DNA of 64,000 bases from Eledone cirrhosa (GCA_964016885.1 OZ024740.1:231570001-231634000); one strand, 5' to 3'; positions 39,515 through 53,074 are shown, numbered from the stretch's first letter. Notes: generated by a model from the letters alone, not told the origin. Made by a program: numbers and translations.

Positions 39515-41118
39515 ATATAAATGTAAGTATGTATGTATACGTACATACATATATGTATACAGACGTACAGTAGTATGCATATATATACATACCTGCACAC
39601 ATATATATATGCACGTATCGGTTTACCGAACATTTGCTATAATGCTCGGTTTGTTTGTAAATAAACAAACAGCCCGAATTATGACGTACAGTGTTTAGGC
39701 AACCACTTCACCTTTTTGTTCAACACTGACACAGGAACAATGTACTAGTTTCAAGCTTATTAGCTATCGTCAGCATCGTATACCTTCCTGCCAGATGGTT
39801 GAACGCCTGAAAGTATATACTTTCTTTATGCATATTGACGGCTGAGCAGCCCAATTTGCATATCGAGTGAGTTTAATCAGTCGGGCGCACGGAAACGATA
39901 AATGGAATAGAATGAAACGAAATTTCATTTCTCACTCTTAGTACGGCAGCTACTTAAATGTAAATATGTATGTATGTATACTTACATACATATATGTATA
40001 CAGACGTACAGTATTATGTATATATATACATACATGCACACATATATATATGCACGTATCGGTTTACCGAACATTTATTATAATGCTCGGTTTGTTTGGA
40101 AACAAACAAACAGCCCGAATTATGCCGTACAGTGTTTAGGCAACCACGTCACCTTTTTGTTCAACACTGACACAGGAACTATGTACTAGTTTCAAGCTTA
40201 TTAGCTATCGTCAGCATCGGATACCTTCCTGCCAGATGGTTGAACGTCTGAAAGTATATACTTTCCTTATGCATATTAACGGCTGAGCAGCCCAGTTTGC
40301 ATATCGAGTGAGTTTAGTCGACCGGGGGCACCGAAAACGATAAATGGAATAGAATGAAATGAAATTTCATTTGTCACTCTTAGTACGGCAGTTACTTAAA
40401 TGTAAGTATGTATGTATACGTACATACATATATGTATACAGACGTACAGTAGTATGTATATATATACATACATGCATACATATATATATGCACGTATCGG
40501 TTTACCGAACATTTATTATAATGCTCGGTTTGTTTGTAAACAAACAAACAGCCCGAATTATGCCGCACAGTGTTTAGGCAACCACGTCACCTTTTTGTTC
40601 AACACGGACACAGGAACGATGTACTAGTTTCAAGCTTATTAGCTATCGTCAGCATCGTATACCTTCCTGCCAGATGGTTGAAGGTTTGAAAGTATATACT
40701 TTCCTTATGCATATTAACGGCTGAGCAGCCCAATTTGCATATCGAGTGAGTTTAGTCGGCCGGGCGCACCGAAAACGATAAATGGAATAGAATGGCAGGA
40801 AGGTATACAATGCTGACGATAGCTAATAAGCTTGAAACTAGTACATCGTTCCTGCGTCAGTGTTGAACAAAAGGTGTCGTGGTTGCCTAAACACTGTACG
40901 GCATAATTCGGGCTGTTTATTTACAAACAAACCGAGCATTATAATAAATTTTCGGTAAACCGATACGTGCATATATATATGTGGTCATGTATGTATATAT
41001 ATACATACTACTGTACGTCTGTAATATATGTATGTATGTATACATACATACATACTTACATTTAAGTAACTACCGTACTAAGAGTGAGAAATGAAATTTC
41101 GTTTCATTCTATTCCATT

Positions 41119-41120
<2 letters not shown>
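39515..41120. mobile_element. ~440-bp hammerhead-bearing array: ~2.9 units (minus sense) plus an inverted partial unit from ~40794
   Basis: Unit starts at 39519, 39957 and 40398; inversion at gaatagaatg|gcaggaagg; flanked by (TA)n; units more diverged than in the 310/316 arrays. Confidence 0.88.
40616..40658 (-). ncRNA. Minimal type I hammerhead (also at 39737-39779 and ~40178-40220 minus; 40807-40849 plus)
   Basis: Minus strand: ACGAUG-CUGACGA-uAGCU-aaua-AGCUu-GAAA-CUA-GUA-CAUCGU; palindromic helix III ACUAGU. Confidence 0.85.
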
Positions 41121-41165
<45 letters not shown>

Positions 41166-41168
<3 letters not shown>

Positions 41169-42040
41169 TTACCATCTGATTAATTGGTGAAATATATTTC
41201 TTTAATGGAATATATACAGGGAAGATTAATCATATTATAAGGTATCTATTTTTGAAGTTCTAGTCAACTTTATTTAGTTACCTACCTAACTATGTGTGGT
41301 TACACACTTGTAAAAATCATCTCCTGTGATTATTTATGTTTATATATATGTTAATCAATTTCTAGTTATAAAATGCTCGGACCTACTCGATAGAATCTTT
41401 GGGCTTATTTTCCGGGTGATATGGCGCATGCCGTTATGGCATGACACCCATAATTTTGATTTAGATTAAATTCATTTAATTTATCTTAATTTTGGATATA
41501 GATATATAAATACGGCTCCTTAATTGTAGAGCTAACTCTGTTGAAAGGAATCGACTGCTGTTTCTAGTTGTCGATAACCATATTCAGGCCACTGAGACTA
41601 AGCTGCTGTGATGTGTAAATACAACACGTGGTAGTAGCCAGTTGCAAATTTGAACTTGTAGTGTAAACATGGATTGCTGGAAATTTTCTTCCTTGTTGAA
41701 AATCCAAAATATCCACTTCCGTGCTTTACCATCTGATTAATTGGTGAAATATATTTCTTTAATGGAATATATACAGGGAAGATTAATCATATTATAAGGT
41801 ATCTATTTTTGAAGTTCTAGTCAACTTTATTTAGTTACCTACCTAGCTATGTGTGGTTACACACTTGTAAAAATTATCTTCTGTGATTATTCATGTTTAT
41901 ATATATGTTAATCAATTTCTAGTTATTATAAAATGCTCGGACCTACTCGATAGAATCTTTGAGCTTATTTTCCGGGTGATATGGCATGACACCCATAATT
42001 TTGATTTAGATTAAATTCATTTAATTTATCTTAATTTTGG
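41166..42040. repeat. ~560-bp unit, ~1.5 tandem copies; second locus at 45965-46610
   Basis: tttaccatctgattaattggtgaaat at ~41168, ~41725 and ~46406; flanked by (TA)n. Confidence 0.85.
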
Positions 42041-42049
42041 ATATATATA

Positions 42050-42410
42050 TATATATGTATAGAAATTTCGTATTTCGAAAGAAATACGATTTTAGGAAGC
42101 CGTAGTTATGCGAAACCGGGAGGCTAACGCGCTCTGGTGTTGTCCAGTAGAAGCAAGGGGGACAACCGTCTATGCATTTCAGGCTTGACTGGCTTTCGGC
42201 AGGACGCTCCCTCCCACTTTTTTGTGTCTGCTGGCTTGAAAACAGCCGAGAACATATAGTTTTCTCGTCTGTGTAAATGAGGTGATTAATCTCATTTGTA
42301 TATGAAGCTGCATTATTTGGCTCAACGTATAATAGAAAAGAAATAGGATTTCGCTTCAATCATAGCTTTATACAATATTCATAGAAATTACGTATTTCGA
42401 AAAATCGTAT
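42050..42410 (-). mobile_element. Diverged homolog of the 9200-9585 element with a mutated hammerhead (42165-42206)
   Basis: Minus strand: CGUC-CUGCCGA-...-GAAAUGCAUA-GACG; core A6 changed to C. Confidence 0.7.
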
Positions 42411-42904
42411 ATTTCACTGTACCAAGGTACTTAACACGCAACTATCCCGTTCCCCTAGTTGTAATAATTTAATGTGACGTGTACATGGTGAAACACTTAA
42501 CTCTCAACAGTCCAATTTAGCAAGCTGAAAAAGATACCTCAGGTCCTTATATTTCCCGGTTTTTGTCCATTGATATTTGACTCTCAATTCTTCAATCTAC
42601 CCAGATGAAAGTATATAAGATGTTAAATAATTGACAGGTGGGAATGATGCTAGTATAGCGGAACTGACTTACTTAGCCGAATTATCTTCAACAGGTTAAT
42701 TTCTCTGTGTTATATTAACATAAGCTACAGAAGCTGGGAATAAGAACATGCCTTATGGATCGAAAAAAAAAGAAAAAAGAATCCTCGAATATAGTTTGAT
42801 TTTTAATTACTGCCCTTGAAGCGCTAATAGTCTCCCTTGTCTGCAATTTATGGTTATGTTAGTCTCCCTCTGTTTCCATATTTAGCATGCATTCAGATGG
42901 TTAA

Positions 42905-43062
42905 GGTATCGGCGATTTGGCGAAGTCATTAGAACGTCGGATAAAATGCTTTGCAGCATTCGTCGCGACTCTCTGCTCTCTGAGTTCAAATCCCACTGAG
43001 GTCAACTTTGCTTTTCATCCATTTAATCGATAAAAAAGTACCAGTTTAGTACTGGAGTCGAT
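42905..43062 (+). mobile_element. Decayed tRNA-derived SINE
   Basis: ctgagttcaaatcccactgaggtcaactttgcttttcatcc...gtaccag. Confidence 0.7.
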
Positions 43063-43479
43063 TCTTCCTCTATATCTCTTTCTCACTTCCTTTCTCTTAT
43101 ACTATGTCCTTTTCTAGAAGAAGAGATGGGCTCATTCATGTTAAGGAGTTAAGGGTCCATACATAAAATATGGTCAATTACTTTATTCACGCTGTCTCGA
43201 TTATTAATCTTGATTCATATGCTCATTAGAGACAGTCAGTTTTCGAGTCAGTTATGAAGCTTTCAGTTTGATTAGTTTTCATTCAGCTAATTGACACATC
43301 GTCTTAACCACGACTATAAACGTATTTCGCCTAAGAGATAGAAATAAAAGCCAGATATAAAAGCCTTCAAACAACCCCTTACCGTCTTGAATAATGTAGC
43401 TTCTGATATAGAAAATGGTGAGATGGGCACGACTGGAAGGCCTTGCTTATAGGTCTGCTTGATCAGGGCTAAACCTCTG

Positions 43480-43510
<31 letters not shown>

Positions 43511-44344
43511 TTGAAAAAAAGGAAAAGAATGACTTCACTTGTAGCGTTAAATAATTTTATTTAATTTTATAATATTATAATATTATAAGTTGTACCAATT
43601 AAATCAAATTATTTAACGTTGCAAGTGAAGTCATTCTTTTCCTTTTTTTCAAATATACCTAACTGTACCAAGGATCTCACACATTTTCCAATACACACAC
43701 ACACAAAAACACACAAACACACACACACACATACCCCCCCCCCCACCATTTTCTCTAATTCGAAATATCTTCTATATAATAATATTATTGTAATACACAT
43801 GTTTATAATATTATTGTAATACACACTGTTTAACCCCAAGTTGGTCATGATCGAGCAGATATATGACAAAATAGTGTACCGGACGCTACATTATTCAATT
43901 TGTCCTTCCATTTTATGACAGTAAGATATGTTCTAAAGACTTGATTGTTCCTTTTAGCAGGTCGAGAGATAACGCAATTGTTCTCACCGTCGACTCGCGC
44001 GACAGTTAAACACGGCGATATTACAGAGATATTCACACAGGGTATCGCATCAATTGGTATTATATTTTGTTGAATTTTGAATTCATATCTTACTGTGGTC
44101 ACTTTAATTTTAATGCCTTCACTCTATAAAATAGACACCGGGCTTATTCTGACTAGTATTTACATTTCTCCTTCTAACATACATGATTTTTTTTTTTTTT
44201 TTTATCATGAGAAGAATCAATATAGGAAGGGAAATAACTCTATCAGGGGAGTTAATAAAATATTTATTTCTGGTGTATGCAAATTTTTCGAGTTATTCCC
44301 CCTGACCTTAATAAAATTTTATTACTTTTGAATACATTATTTGG

Positions 44345-44585
44345 GTTGGCAGTATCGGTAGAGGGTCAGACGCCATGCTTTGACGCATAGAGTTACAGCC
44401 CTTGCCATTCTGAGTTCAAATCCCGCCGAGGTTAACTTTGCCTTTCATCCTTACGGGGTCGATAAAATAAAGTACCAGTAATGTACTGGGTAATTGTTGG
44501 CCTTGTGCCAAAAAGTAGAAACAATTATTTGGGGTTATTGGCAGTATCGGCAGAGGGTCGGATGCCATGCTTTCCAGCATAGTCA
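44345..44585 (+). mobile_element. tRNA-derived SINE plus the head of a second copy
   Basis: Matches the 15188 family; head restarts at ~44537. Confidence 0.85.
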
Positions 44586-44699
44586 AAATAAAAATTATCA
44601 CACATACACTCACACACATACACTCACATACATATACTAACACACGCACAGACACACATTCACGCACACCTGTTTGTCATCACATGTTTATGTGTAGAT

Positions 44700-44917
44700 G
44701 TGTGTTTAATTGTCCACAGGTATGTGTAGATGTGTGCGCTTGTTTAATTATCTATTGCTATGTGTAGATGTTTGTGTGTGTGTGTTTAATTATCTATAGG
44801 TATGTGTAGATGTGTGTGCGTGTTTAATTATCTATAGGTATGTGTAGATGTATGTGTGTGTGTGTTTAATTATCTATAGGTATGTGTAGATGTGTGTGTG
44901 TGTGTGTGTGTTTAATT
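44700..44917. repeat. ~36-40-bp minisatellite (gtgtttaattatctataggtatgtgtagatgtgtgt)
   Basis: About 5-6 imperfect copies. Confidence 0.8.
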
Positions 44918-45543
44918 CACTGAAGCCTAACGTATGTAAAGAACTCGCAAACACACACACTACCAGACACATACACACTCATATACAATGTGACGTCATC
45001 GTGGTGGTGGTGGGGGTGGGGGTTTACTATAGTTCACTATAGAAGTAATATTTTATCTAAAATAACCTATTTTTTAAATCCAAATGAAAATAAAAATTAC
45101 ATGTTGACACTCCCGGGGCCTCATACTATTACCTTGTAAAATTTGATTTGATTTGGTCCAGCCGTTTGAGAATGCATAGGAACAGACAGACATACAGACA
45201 AAGAGAGAGATAAAGAATTATATATATATATATAGAGAGAGATGTAAAGATCTGTTGTGAAATAATAAGTTTGTTCTATTCTGTCTTTGATTTAAGCTTT
45301 TGGTATTTGCGTCATTGTGTCAGCCAGTTTCAGTAATTTTCTATATATAAGTGACTAGACACATCACATGTACTTGACTGAGTCAGAAATTTCGAATTTT
45401 AAAGCCCTGATGTGCTTTCCAAATGTCCTTCTATAGCAGTACTACTTAGATAATCTTTTCTCTTATTGAGGTCCAAGATTTCAAATATTTCTATATCTAC
45501 GTATTTCTACTGTTACTTTAATTCGTATTCTCCCCACCATCTA

Positions 45544-45574
<31 letters not shown>

Positions 45575-45577
45575 GTC

Positions 45578-45666
<89 letters not shown>

Positions 45667-45964
45667 TTATATATACATTTCGAATACCTGATGATGTCAC
45701 CGGATTCATACTGAACCCGGTCATTGAAATGTTCATAGTATAATAAACCTTTAAGGAATTATACCAGTTCAGCATCCTGATATTTTATAATAGTTAACTC
45801 CATACTCACAGCACCGACAACACAAACGAAGACGGGTGAGTTGCATTACGTCGAATGCTCTCCCTAATATTACATCAAGGTTGACTATACGGAATGACCA
45901 GTTCTAACCAGTGGTGAGCCAACAAACCTAAATGAATATATATATATATATATATCCAAAATTA

Positions 45965-46610
45965 CACACTTGGTTACACACTTGTAAAAATTATCTCCTG
46001 TGATTATTCATGTTTATATATATGTTAATCAATTTCTAGTTATTATTAAATGCTTGGACCTACTCGTTAGAATCTTAGAGCTTATTTTCCGGGTGATATG
46101 GCGCATGTCTTTCTGGCATGACACCCATAATTTTGATTTAGATTAAATTCATTTATCTTAATTTTGGATATAGATATATAAATACGGCTCCTTAATTGTA
46201 GAGCTAACTCTGTTGAAAGGACTCGACTGCTGTTTCTAGTTGTCGATAACCCTATTCAGGCCACTGGGACGAAGCTACTATGATGTGTGTATTTCTGGTA
46301 AATACTACACGTGGTGATAGCCAGTCGCAAATTTGAACTTGAAGTGTAAGCGCGGATAGCTGAAAATTTCTTCCTTGTTGAAAATCCAAGTATCCACTTC
46401 CGTGGTTTACCATCTGATTAATTGGTGAAATATATTCCTTTAATGGAATATATACAGGGAAGATTAATCATATTATAAGGTATTTATTTTTGAAGTTCTA
46501 GTCAACTTTATTTAGTTACCTACCTAGCTATGTGTGGTTACACACTTGTAAAAATTATCTTCTGTGATTATTCATGCTTATTTATATGTTAATCAATTTC
46601 TAGTTATTAT
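45965..46610. repeat. Second locus of the ~560-bp unit (~1.15 copies, circularly permuted relative to 41166)
   Basis: ggttacacacttgtaaaaattatct at ~45972 and ~46536. Confidence 0.85.
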
Positions 46611-46632
46611 ATATATATATATATATATATAT

Positions 46633-46691
<59 letters not shown>

Positions 46692-47101
46692 TTGCTTTTG
46701 GTAATTTTTGTTTTTATTTTAGTTAGGCGTGGAGGAAGGATCTGTATCGATGGTCTTTAAGGACCCTCTGAAACTGGTGAGAATGAGGTCGGTAACGATC
46801 CACTTTAAGTGTTGCACATATGGTAGGTTACACGAGAAATGTGTGCTGCGAGGGAAATTTGAGAAGGAAGGACTAAATGTAAAATTTAAGCTTCATAGTT
46901 CGGTTTAACACATAGAGAGGAGAAAATACACGAGTCATGAGTGCTTGTGTGGAGATAGCACGAGACTAAACCAGCCTGCCAGCCAACCAGCCAACAGGCT
47001 AACCAGTCAGCCACTCGGTTAGTCAATCTGCCAGACAGTGCCGAGCAGACGCCACATGAATGGGGTACACGAAAGAGAGAGAGAAAAAAAGAGTGAGAGA
47101 G

Positions 47102-47177
<76 letters not shown>

Positions 47178-49606
47178 TGAGAGAGTGAGGGGGGGGGCAG
47201 TTAAAGAATTTGGTGAGTATAGAAGCAAGTTCATGGCGTAATGGTATTGTCAGAACCTGTATTTTTGCATTCTTGATTTGGAGCGACGCGAGTATTGTGA
47301 TATTTTACGTGTATGTGTGAGTTCAATTTAGTGGAAACGGTGAGTTTTGGGGGAGATTTTTCTACTGTGTAACGTGTGCAATTGGATGCAAAGCGGGCAG
47401 CGAATCTGGAGGCTTTCTGTACAAGCCTAGTGCTGACAGAACCGAAGTGGAAGATAAAGTTGTTAAGAAAAGTGTCGGCTGCAGTTTGAAATGGGTAAAA
47501 ACTTGTAGGCTGTTCAATACCCGGATGCATTCTTCCCGGTTCAGATGACTGGCTAAGATGGCAGATGTTATGGCGGTAGGCAAGAGATATCCAGTTAGTT
47601 TCGGGTGGGTAATTTTCTCCAAGCATTTTCTATTGCCTAAACTGCTAGAGTGCATAAGAAACTTGAGACTGCCTGTTTTTGTTAAGTGAGATGTGGAGGG
47701 ATATGTTTGAAAGGATTATTTCAATCAACAACATAGCTCTATCTGACATGAAGTGTCATCGGGTTCGGGTATGCTATCGTATGTAGATATGTGAGGAATA
47801 GTCGTAATAAAGCAAATTTCGGATGATTCGATAGGAGCAGCTCCTAGAAGACCATATTATGGTCTTCTAGGAGCTGGGTTTGGAGGTGAGAAAGAAAGAG
47901 CAAGCGTGTTTGCATTGTTGTTTGTCGGATCAGGAATTTACACTGAGGATGAAGCTAGTTGATGAAAAGAATTGAGGATTTGAAACAATTTGGTGTATTT
48001 ATCGGTAGCAGCAGTATGCGATAAGTGCAACATCCGCGTTGTTTTGTGGACATTGTAGCCATCAAGTTGATAATGTCGGAGATGGGTGAAGTGAATTATG
48101 TATCCTTAATGCAAGAAGCGATATATTGAAATATTGTGAGTGGCTGGAGGATTTGGAGACCGGTAGAGAATATAGTTATATTTGTAGGGATGATGTGAGA
48201 ATTTCCATAATTTTAACAAACCACACTTAGGCCTTGAAGAACAGAAATATGAAATGCAATGTTAAATAGAATGTTCTCGAAAAACGTAAACCCGCCAATA
48301 ATTGTTTCAAGCGGTTAGGGTTTGCACAACCGAAATTTTCTTATTTCTCCAAGGACTGAAATCATCCAGTGAATATCTCAATTTAAAGAGCGGGCTGTTT
48401 AGAAAGTGTGTGCTTCATTTTTTGGAAACTATACTTACCTGAAAGTCAATAAACCAAGGGGACAGACCCACTCTGATTGATATCTTCCTGCAAACATTCA
48501 ACCCCTATCCCCACACGACCTTCTTCAATTATAAACTCCATGCTTCAATATATACACCTAACATAGAGCTATACATGCCTCATAGAAACGCCGGACAGAA
48601 CAACTATGATGGACATCGCCTTACAAAACTTTTCAATCTTACAATCATTCATAAACTGTATGTAATAGTTTCTCGAAAATATAGTCATAATATAAAAAAC
48701 AGCGGTGACAATTGTCTTCGATGCATAGTTACTTAATTTATAGCTGTAGTTACTTTCTAGATCAGCAACATAGACTGTGGCTCATCATAACGCGAACAGC
48801 ATTACCAAAACATTTAAGACAATTTTGAAATTAGACGTGGCATTCAGAAAGCTAAACGGGCCGCAGTTTGTCCATAACAGTTCTAGATTCAATATGATAG
48901 GTATCATCTTCCAGTCTTGTTCAACCTTAAAAATAGTATTATGCTATTTCCGACAATACGCAATCAACAGATGTGCTGTCGACAAACTATATACAATTCT
49001 CGTTTTTCATTAAGATCTTCAGATTATCATTGAAATATATTTTCAATAAAATATTCTGTAGCCAGTATGAAACCAGCCGATAGTCTGACATGATGTTGTA
49101 TACTATCGTGATTAAGTAACTATAGCTCTTTTACTGTTATAAAACTCTCTTACCACTTGTTTATTATTACACCTCTCGTATAAAACACATACACGCGCAC
49201 ACACACACACATGCATACACAAACACACACACACACATACACGCACGTGCAAACACACACATATGTACACGCACATGAGGATTCTAACTAGTAGTTCTTT
49301 CATATACGAGTCCCATTCTAGCATGTACTCTTTCAAAATGTCTGACTAACTACACGAGTTTTCCTCCTGAAAAAAAAAATCATCTGACAAATTTGGTTTT
49401 ATTCTAATAGAAACTCCTGTGTGTAGATATCAGTAATAGAATCTGTACAGAAAAATAGTTTTGTATTTAATTTTTAAAAATATTTTAGGCATTAATTTTT
49501 ATTTCATTATCGATATATAAAAGCGTTAATATGAGAAAAATGAAACTACAAATTTCGGCTGAAAAGGTGACAGGCTGACTATGAAGGAGTGATGATAGAG
49601 CTGTGA

Positions 49607-49872
49607 AATCTCGCATGCATTAATTTCAACTCTTCTTATTAATAACTGCACTGTTTTTTTCCAGGGACTGTGTTGAAAAATAAACCTTATTTGGTCATTC
49701 CATGAGAGTATCTTGCTCAGCTTATGAAGGATTGATGCTAGAGTTGAGCAATCTTGCATGCATTAATTTCAACTCTTCTTATTAATAACCGCGTTGTTTC
49801 TTTTCAGAGACTCTGGTGAAAAATAAACCACATTTGGTCATTCCATGAGAGTATCTTGGTCAGCTTATGAAC
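49607..49872. repeat. ~144-bp tandem duplication
   Basis: gcatgcattaatttcaactcttcttattaataac and tttggtcattccatgagagtatcttg each occur twice. Confidence 0.8.
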
Positions 49873-50075
49873 TTTTCAGCCGACCCTCGTACATTCGCAT
49901 TAATTGTTAGCTTTTACGATATTGTTGTAGTCAGTCCCGATGATGAGTGTTTCATGTATGTATAAATAAATGTTGACGGCTACAAGAAAAATTCTCCTTA
50001 CATGCGTACTTACCATTCTCTGTTACACAGAGATTGTCACTTGACGGTCATCTTTTATTATTATAACACATATAA

Positions 50076-50666
50076 CGGCGGGGATTGGCAGTATCGGTAG
50101 AGGGTCGGACATCATGCTTTGCAGCATAGAGTTACGGCGCTTTACGATCTGAGTTCAAATCCCGCCGAGGTTAACTTTGCCTTTCATCCTTACGGGGTCG
50201 ATAAAATAAAGTGACGCACTGGGGTCGATTTAATCGATTTTCCCCACCCCCAAAATTGCTGGCCTTGTGCCTATATAAGAATGGATTGGCAGTATCGGTA
50301 GAGGGTCGGACGCCATGCTTTGACGTATAGAGTTACGGTCCTTGCCATTCTGAGTTCAAATCCCGCCGAGGTTAACTTTGCCTTTCATCCTTACGGGGTC
50401 GATAAAATAAAGTACCAGTAATGCACTGGGTTATTGCTGGCCTTGTGCCAATAGTAGAAACAATTATGACACATATAGGGCGGTGGATTTGGCAGAATCG
50501 TTATAGCGTCGGAGAACATGCTTCGCGGCATACTTACGTCCCTTTATGTTCTGAGTTCGAATCCCACCGAGGTTAGATTTGCCTTACGGGGTCGATAAAA
50601 TAAAGCACCAGTAATGCACTGAGTCGATTTAATCGACTCCCCCCCCCCTCAAATTACTGGCCTTGT
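50076..50666 (+). mobile_element. Three tandem tRNA-derived SINEs
   Basis: Heads at ~50076, ~50282 and ~50478, each with the B-box and conserved core. Confidence 0.88.
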
Positions 50667-50667
50667 A

Positions 50668-51098
50668 TATATACAGTGTATTTTGCAATACACTGTATTT
50701 AATTAAGCATACAGTGTATTGCAAAATACACTGTATATACATTCATATATATATAGCTATTTCAGAGCACCAATTCTAATTTTCAATTTCTGCTTGACCG
50801 GCAACCGCTCTATATAATCAGTTCCTGATTATTTACTAGAATTCTATAAGAACCAAACATCCATGATTTCAGCAAACAGGAGGAGTAGTTGGCTTTGATA
50901 AGCATCAATAAATGCGAAACAATGCCTTGTCAGCTTTATCTCCCCCTGTTTGCTGGAAATTAAAGTAAGTGAGTCGGTCACTACTCTAAAACAATAGCAT
51001 AAGGTCTTCGAAATGCTTTTAATTAAGCATACAGTGTATTGCAAAATACACTATATATACATTCATATATATATATAGCTATTTCAGAGCACCAATTC

Positions 51099-51105
<7 letters not shown>
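50668..51105 (+). mobile_element. Diverged ~1.3-unit member of the 316-bp family with a short 5' inversion
   Basis: Aligns to the 316-bp unit; palindrome at 50668-50738; ends ccaattctaatttt into (TA)n. Confidence 0.85.
50891..50935 (+). ncRNA. U3-A8 hammerhead with compensatory stem changes
   Basis: GGCT-TTGATAA-GCAT-caataa-ATGC-GAAACAA-tgcc-TTGTC-AGCT. Confidence 0.85.
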
Positions 51106-51184
<79 letters not shown>

Positions 51185-51322
51185 GTTAATTTGTATTCTA
51201 ATGTTACTAAGTAGTTGCATTGGATGAAGTCAACTGACATCAGAGATTGCTCAACGTATAATAAAGTGTGTTTTAAAATCCGGAGAAAATATGGAGAAAA
51301 AATTAACGAAATGGAAATACAA

Positions 51323-51439
51323 AGGTCTGATGACATGGTGTGTTGGCTTACAGTGTACTTTCGGTTTTTGATAATATTTGTGTATTATTCAAATAGCGAA
51401 GTATAGGTAACTCATACACTATAGAAACAATTGTTACCT
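51323..51439 (+). ncRNA. Type I hammerhead with a ~90-nt helix II extension (predicted cleavage after GUU, 51435)
   Basis: AGGT-CTGATGA-cATGGTGTGT...ATACACTATa-GAAACAATTGTT-ACCT. Enclosed by a ~30-bp inverted repeat (51289-51319 / 51460-51489). Confidence 0.75.
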
Positions 51440-51496
51440 AATAAATTCTATATACCCGCATTTCCATTTCGTTAATTTTTTCTCCATATATATATA

Positions 51497-51676
51497 TAAC
51501 GAAGGAGTTGTGGTAAGGAACCAGATGGACCATAATGCACCAGGTACTCAATACTTAGGGTAGTAGAGTGGGTAATAGGAAAAAGTATGACCCCGACGGC
51601 AGATTCAAGCCGTTTCGACAGAAATAGCCATCGAAACGGCTTGAGCTCTGCCGTCCGGATCATACTTTTTCCTATA
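51497..51676 (-). mobile_element. Diverged copy of the ~200-bp fold-back family
   Basis: taacgaagga...cttagggtagtagagtgggtaatagg...cctatata. Confidence 0.8.
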
Positions 51677-51678
51677 TA

Positions 51679-51756
<78 letters not shown>

Positions 51757-52114
51757 ATATATACATAAGTGTGAGTGTGTGCGCGTGTGTGTGTATATAT
51801 ATATATATACATAAGTGTGAGTATGTGCGTGTGTGTGTGTATGTATATGTGTGAGTGAGTATGTGTGTGTAAAGAGTGTGAGAGAGAGAATTGAATTGTT
51901 TTTAAATCACACATCATATTAATTGTATGTATATCTATATAACGTATGAATGAAACATTTAACATACTGTATTGATATTTGATACTTTGTGGTTGTTTCT
52001 AATTAATTGGCGAAATTTCCACGTGATCAGCTACTAAAAAAATTAAAACCTGAAAATGAACGACGTAATTCAATTTGTCTGACGCTCTAACGATTCAGGC
52101 AAGCCAAATAATTT

Positions 52115-52503
52115 TAAAATAATTGTTTCTACTTTTGGCACAAGGCCAGCAATTATCTCAGTTTATTACTGGTACTTTATTTTATCGCTCATATGACTGT
52201 AAGGATGAAAGACAAAGTTAACCTTGGCGGAATTTGAATTCAGACCATAAAGGGCCGTAACTCTATGCTACAAATAATGGTGTCCGACTCTCTATCGACA
52301 CTGCCAATCTATCGTCCATGTTAAAATAATTGTTTCTACTTTAGGCACAAGGCCAGCAATTATCCAGTGCATTACTGGTACTTTATTTTATCGACCCCGT
52401 AAGGATGAAAGGCAAAGTCAACCTCGGCGGGATTTGAACTCAGATCGTAAAGGGACGTAACTATGGTGGAAAGCATGGCGTCCGACCCTCTACCGATACT
52501 GCA
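52115..52503 (-). mobile_element. Two tandem tRNA-derived SINEs
   Basis: Reverse complement of the 15188 family at ~52118-52310 and ~52326-52503. Confidence 0.85.
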
Positions 52504-52846
52504 ATAATGTCATTAAACACAAAAATAAAAAAATAAACAAGATTTAATCAATATAATTTCTTTAATAATTTAGCTAAAAGGTTGTGCATTATAAATTGTA
52601 AATATAATGTATGTCGAATGAGTAAAAAGGCCTTTTTTTGAGAAATACATGAAGAAATTGTGGCGTGATAAAGAATCAGTTGTAAAAAAAATGATGAAGT
52701 GCCGGTTCACTTTTTTAAACTCATGTGCTGTTTTAGTGAAGTTGAATAATGCGATAAATTTATAGTGGGCAATATGGTTTATAATATGGTGGAAAATATG
52801 TAAAAATACGTGCGTTGTTAGATAAAATATTTAAGGTACGCTTGTG

Positions 52847-52875
52847 CTATTTGGCCATCATGATCCGAATGAATT
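52847..52875 (-). CDS. Calmodulin-like protein, last coding exon ((E)FIRIMMAK*)
   Basis: Minus strand ttttatctttgcag|AATTCATTCGGATCATGATGGCCAAATAG; 29 coding nt, phase matches the upstream exon, same size as the terminal calmodulin exon. Confidence 0.88.
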
Positions 52876-53074
52876 CTGCAAAGATAAAATTAATAACAGA
52901 ATAAACAGCTTGAAGATCTTACTAGTGAAAATAAAGTGTCTTTTAAAAGAACATGACGCGCCACAGGGAATCAAACTCACGACTATACTATCGTGATACG
53001 ATCACACCAACGACTTATTAACGTGCCTTCACGTTTTCTATGTACACAAACACATACAAACACATCCAAATAGG

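Noticed and set aside
46690-48245. Possible decayed Penelope or other ORF on the minus strand
   Set aside because: Coding-like composition, but no RT or GIY-YIG motif could be recognised.
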